64,000 bases of DNA from Felis catus (taxonomy: Eukaryota), in the NCBI RefSeq assembly GCF_018350175.1, contig NC_058368.1, positions 137,890,001 to 137,954,000 of the forward strand, read 5' to 3'. The notes below the pieces were generated by a model. It was not told the DNA's origin. It searched no databases and worked only from the letters and a program-made list of their open reading frames with translations. The translations under genes were made by a program, and so were the position numbers. Each line of letters begins with the position of its first letter. Position 1 is the stretch's first letter. Below are positions 51,881-64,000 of the stretch, in pieces.

Positions 51881-52055
51881 GTATCAAGTTTACATTACTT
51901 TCTTGTTGGCAGTATTTTCCAGTCACTTAAAAGATACACAAATAAACAGTATATATATTTTTTTCTGCAGGATTTTAGTTTCCTTGAAGTTCTCTATATT
52001 CCTGTTCTTTATATGCCAAGTCCTCTCCTGTCTTATTTCATTTTATTTAAAAAAA

Positions 52056-52263
52056 ATTTTTTTTAACGTTTATTTATTTTTGAGACAGAGAGAGAGCATG
52101 AGCAGGGGAGGGGCAGAGAGAGAGGGAGACACAGAATCTGAAACAGGCTCCAGGCTCTGAGCAGTCAGCACAGAGCCCGACGCGGGGCTCGAACTCATGG
52201 ACCGCGAGATCATGACCTGGGCCGAAGCCAGACGCTTAACTGACCAAGCCACCCAGGCGCCCC
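52056..52263 (-). mobile_element. Can-SINE
   Basis: TSD-like ctctcctgtctt. Confidence 0.9.
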
Positions 52264-52976
52264 TCTCCTGTCTTTTTAAATTACAATTCCACAAATTCAC
52301 TAAAGCAACTAAAGTCTGCCAGTTTGTCACTCCTCCTCCTCTTGTTGCCACATCAGTTTTAATACCAAAATGCTGAAAATAGCAACAAACTCCATCAGCC
52401 ATACTGATGCACTGTTACTGTAGCACTTGCTTCTACTCTAGTAGAAGATACAATTCTCACTTTGATTTATCCTATTCACAAGAAGGCCCCTACTGAATCA
52501 TCAGCATATAAGCATAGAGAAACTGAAGTACAACTAATAAATACTAGCAAATGTTGCAAGATAAAATGAAAGAAAACTGGCCTCTATAAAGCACTATTAT
52601 CTTAAGGAATTTGAAAGACTTCATGAAGATAATAGAATTGGGGAGATTTACATAGCTGTGAAAGCCCTTAAAAATATTTTAGTGTGTTTAATAAACAGTA
52701 TGCTAAATAGATAATCGGCAAAATTTGGATAACGTAGACTTCCATGCTTTGCTTTGATGACTCTCCAGGAGCTTCCTACCATTTATCATCCTTGTTTGAC
52801 TGCAGACAATACATATTCTGAGAGCAACTTATTTTCAGTGGGCTTTTTTCCCCCCAGCAATTAAACATTTAAAGTATTTTTTTTCTTATAAAAAAGTAAT
52901 TGACCTCCTTGGTTCCACTCTGGTCTCAGAAATACAGACTATATTAGGTGACTGAGATTTTTTAAAAGATGCTTTG

Positions 52977-53100
52977 GTGGCGCCTGGCTGGCTCAGATGC
53001 AGGAACATGGACTTTTGATCTTGGGGTTATGAGTTCCAGCTTCACGTTGGGTGTAGACATCACCAAGAAAAATAAATTAAAAAAAAAAAAAACAAAAAAA
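52977..53100 (+). mobile_element. Short older Can-SINE
   Basis: TSD aaagatgctttgg. Confidence 0.8.
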
Positions 53101-55209
53101 ACAGAAAGATGCTTTGGACATCCCTACGACTTCAGTAAATCTTTCCTTTTTAAGCACACTTTCCTCTCCCCATGTTCACTCAACTGCTTCTGTACCAGGG
53201 TTCTCTGCGAAACAAAAAAGCCCTCTGCTCCTCCTCCTCCTTTTCCCAGCACTCAACTTTCTGTATCTTTCTCCCAGAGAGACCTTATATATATATATAA
53301 GTTTTCTGAAACAAAATTCAGGATAAAATCAAAGTATGTATGTATTAATTTAATAACTGTTGATACTGTGCAATGGTTTGATAGAAGTTCACTTTATTAT
53401 TTGTACTCTTATGTACTTGAAGTTTTCCACAATAATGTAAAAGGAATATTCAGTCTGGTATTCAAAAAGTTAGGGCTGGAATTATAAATCTGGGACTCAT
53501 CAAACTAAAGATGACATTTAAAGCCACGGGAATGGACGAAAATGTTTAGGGAGAGTACAGGCAGCAAAGAACATAGGACTAAACTGTAAGCAACTCTCAT
53601 AGTTAAAAGTCAGAGAAATAAGATAAAGCAAAGGAGACTGAGATGCCAGTGAGAGGAAATCAGGAAGTGAGAGGTTCTGGGAGCCTAGAGGAAAAAAACA
53701 AGTTTCAAAAATGTGAAGCAGCCAAGTATGTCAAATGCTACCTAAAGACTAAAATAAGAACTAGGAATCTACCTTTTGGAATTGTCAAGATGGAGGGTTA
53801 GACAATTCTTTGGAAAGATTTTGCTATAAAAGGGAACACAGAAAGTAAGTAGTGGCTGGAGCGGAAGAGAGGTCAAAGAGAGTCTTTCATTTTCTTTTCT
53901 CTTGAGATACATGATAACGAGGCATTTTAGTGTGCAGGGAGGATGATCCAGTTCAAAGGGGGGGAAAGAGATAAAGGAGGGGATGCAACAGAAGAATCAA
54001 GGTCCTGAAGGAAATACACAAAAGTACAAGTAGAGGGAATATTCTCCTGTGTGTAATAAGAAGGCAGGCAATATTTATAGGTTCAGATATACAGAGATGG
54101 TAGAATCGATGGAGGGAAGATGAGGTCATGTCAATCTTCACATCTTGATTCTCTACACTTTAGTTAGATGGCCAAAAATAAGTAAAGTAATATGGGAAGA
54201 ACCGACCTCATAAGAGCACTCCTAAGAGTTCTTTGAGGATCCAGCTGTTAAAGAGCCAACACTTGACATTAACCTAGTAGAAATTGTTATTAAGATTCCT
54301 AGTTGAATTATCCATTAACTCAACAAAATTATCAAACCACCATTTGCATTTAATAAAGTACCACCACTAAAAATAAGGATGGAGGTAACTTAATGGGGCT
54401 GAGGGTGTCAGAGAAGGCTTTCCTGAGACATTTAAACCAAAAGCCACATGAGGTGCAGAAATTAACTTGACAAAGGTGAGTTATATTAGAAGTTCAAGCA
54501 GGTTTAGAAACAAACGAAAAAAAGGTCCATTGTGGCTATCAGTCAATGGCCAGATCACAAAGCAACTAGAAGCGTGGGAATATTTATTCTCAGCCATTTC
54601 CAATATCTGTTGTGGGTCAAAATGCGATCTTAATAAATATTAAACAAAGTAAATATTTACCTCTTGCTGAAGCTAACTTAAATCCAACAGAGAGGTGAAA
54701 ACAATTCATGGACTTTGATTAGACCATAAACTATAAACCAAGGAGAGCAAACAGGTTTCCCCCTTCTTACCTGCTCTATTGACAGAGGACATGTTGAATG
54801 CTTCAGTAAACGAGTCTTGGGTTTGTTCAAGCTAAGCAGTTAAGTGTGGGAGCCAGTAATTTTTATTTGCCCTACACATCATAAATTATTCCTTTGTCAG
54901 CACTGATTAAGATAGTAACTTAGTAACTTTTTTTGGAGTTAAAAAAACCCTTTCAGTTACTTTTTTAAAAAGCCTTGTATATAAATATTAGCAGAATCTG
55001 AATTTCCTAACCATTCACAAAATAAGCAAATGTAGCAGACGTCAAAATTCAAAATTTTCTTTTCTTACTATGAGGGGCATCTTTCATATTTTTCAACATG
55101 ATAAAAGTCTCAAAAATTAGTAAAGTACAAGACAGAAACATGGGAATCAAAGGAAAATAAACAATAACCTGGGATACTTCCAGAAAACAGGTGTCTAAAA
55201 GGTGAATCA

Positions 55210-55440
55210 GGGGCGCCTGGGTGGCGCAGTCGGTTAAGCGTCCGACTTCAGCCAGGTCACGATCTCGCGGTACAGGAGTTCGAGCCCCGCGTCAGGCTCT
55301 GGGCTGATGGCTCAGAGCCTGGAGCCTGTTTCCGATTCTGTGTGTCCCTCTCTCTCTGCCCCTCCCCCGTTCATGCTCTGTCTCTCTCTGTCCCAAAAAT
55401 AAATAAATGTTGAAAAAAAAATTAAAAAAAATAAATAAAA
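55210..55440 (+). mobile_element. Young felid Can-SINE
   Basis: Perfect TSD aaaaggtgaatca. Confidence 0.93.
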
Positions 55441-57123
55441 GGTGAATCAGGTGACAGGTAGGCAGAAGAATCTTGGGTTTATGTGAATGCTCAGAAAACA
55501 TTATATGAATAGGAAGTTTCAAATGCCCTCAGTGTAACATGGAAGAAGGGGAAAAATCTGTTCCTGAACAAAGACATACTTTCAAAAAGGGGACTATTTC
55601 TCTATATATTTTGTAATATTTCTATAGCACTGACCGATGTTTGCACTGTCATCTTGACCTCTACAGTAACCCACCTAGCCTAATAGTACATATTTTTCTG
55701 TACTCAACTTGTCTTATATAAGAGCAACATTGTTTTCTAAGAAGATATCAACTGTTACAATTACCCTAACAAAGCAATACAGATGTCCTATTTTCTTAGA
55801 GACATCACATTTTAAACAATGTACATGTGAAAAGTATACAAAAAGATTCATCTTAATTAAAGAGAAATCTGCACCTACGCAAGTTTCCCTGCTGTATAAA
55901 CTGTATTTTTCTTAGAGATTTGGGACTCATTTTTGACCCTGCGAAGGCTTTTCATAGCTAAGACCACCAAAAGGCTGACCAGATAGCATTCTGACTTAAA
56001 TCGCCATTTTAAAATGTAAGTAGTTTGACGTTAACATTGTCTTAAAGCTCGTCCTACCGTTCAGGAAATTTTAACTCACACCAAAGTCTCTGTAAACACA
56101 CCGGACACAAATTCTCCCTTGATTGCACTACCTAGTTCAGAAACAAAGTTGCTTCAACTGTGAATCGCTAATTGTAAAATCCGTGCCAAATAAGGATCAA
56201 GGAGTCAACTTTTTGTTAAAGAAACGAGAGAAGTAATGTAATCAAGTACAGGGGTCTCAGGTGAGACCTGCTACGCTTGCTGAAAGGCAGATTACCCGGT
56301 TCCATCCCCAGTCCGAATGAACCGCTTTTGAGGAGTGGGACTCGGGAATGCATTCTGAACACTCGAGCCAGAAAACCTGTGAACCACGGTCCTGCAACCT
56401 ACCCAAACCTCCTCCTCCTAGAAGGCAAAATTAGCTTATTTTGACAACGTTTGGCCAAAATGTCTTGTTAAAGGCTTATTTCTACCGGAGGGTAAATTCT
56501 AAAACATTCAGACGACTGCTCCAATCTACACCATCCAGCGAGCGAGAGCGACCAAAGAGGTGCGCACACTCTGGGCGCCCCAAGCGTTTCCGCAGATGGG
56601 AAATGCCCTTTCTTCTGAAGGTAAAGAATTTGGGGATCGGGGCCGACTTACTCAACCCTAACTGTGCAAAGAACCGTTCTTTCTGACTCCTTTATGGCCT
56701 TTCCCAGGACTACTCGCGGTGCCTCCAGCACAGAGTCCCTCGGGAGGTCTCAACCTGGCCCGCGCTGACGAGAAATGTGACCCATGCGACCGTCACAAAC
56801 GCCTCGGCCTGCAGCCGCGCGTGCGCAGCGAGGGGCTGAGCTCGCAGCGAAGTCCGTTTCCTGACACTAGGAGGAAGCAGTGTTGCATCACTTCCGGCCT
56901 CCCTCTAGCTGCCATCTTGCGTCCCCGCGTGTGTGCGCCTAATCTCAGCTGGTCCACCCGAGACCCCCTGAGCGCCTACCCTAGTCCCCCGCGCGGTCCC
57001 ATTTCCGCTCCAACAAGGTACAAAAAGGCTCTGGACGCCGGCGTGGGAGGAGGACGGGAACGGGGGCGGGAAGTGCCCGGAAGGAGCGAGACAGGGAGGG
57101 ACAGGGCTGAGGACAGGAAGGCG

Positions 57124-63524
<6,401 letters not shown>

Positions 63525-63739
63525 ATTGAGTCAACTTCTGAAGAAGATAAAACTTGAAGAAGTTACTGGGAGCTGCTATTTTATATTATGACTGCTTTTT
63601 AAAAATTTTGTTCATGGATCTGATAAAATCTAGATCTCTAATATTTTTAAGCCCAAGCCCCCTGGACACTGCAGCTCTTTTCAGTTTTTGCTTATACACA
63701 ATTCATTCTTTGCAGCTAATTAAGCTGAAGAAGCCTGGG

Positions 63740-63766
63740 AATAAAGTTTGAAACAAGATTAATAAA
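63740..63766 (+). terminator. BTF3: BTF3 tandem poly(A) signals
   Basis: AATAAA at 63740-63745 and 63761-63766, followed by a U-rich downstream element. Confidence 0.85.
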
Positions 63767-64000
63767 GTTCTTTGCCTAGTATATGGTTTCATTTTTTATT
63801 TCACTGACACTAATTTGTACACAGAAAGCAAAGTTATTCACAGCTAATCATGGCATGTAATATGACTGGTAATCTTTGATGAAATTTGATTAAAGATTTT
63901 AAATGGCCATATAATGTAACACAGGTGATATAAAGTTACATTTTAAAACTTTTCTCCAGCAATCCTCAGGGCTACAGTGGTTTATGTAATGGGTATAACT

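Overview
Mammalian genomic DNA from a cat-family carnivore: about 40 Can-SINEs carry the felid-type head GGGGCGCCTGGGTGGCGCAGTCGGTTAAGCGTCCGACTTCAGCCAGGTCACG. The window holds two protein-coding genes. FOXD1 is intronless on the minus strand (CDS 8299-9741, 480 aa). BTF3/NAC-beta is on the plus strand (6 coding exons, 57124-63524, 206-aa long and 162-aa short isoform). The ~47 kb between them is repeat-rich: SINEs, L1, L2/MIR, MaLR LTRs, MER5 and a MER47/Tigger element, plus an RPS27 processed pseudogene nested in an L1 and a U6 pseudogene. I see no evidence for a new multi-gene system. The most notable details are: (1) an 11-codon FOXD1 uORF whose stop overlaps the main start (ATGA); (2) a pure (GGC)11 poly-Gly tract in FOXD1; (3) three local copies, one inverted, of a Tigger-end/L1 junction with micro-tandem scars; (4) an L1>RPS27>SINE nest; (5) a 13.7-kb SINE-free zone around FOXD1 with motif-dense candidate enhancers. 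Repeat family names come from visual recognition and their boundaries are approximate.
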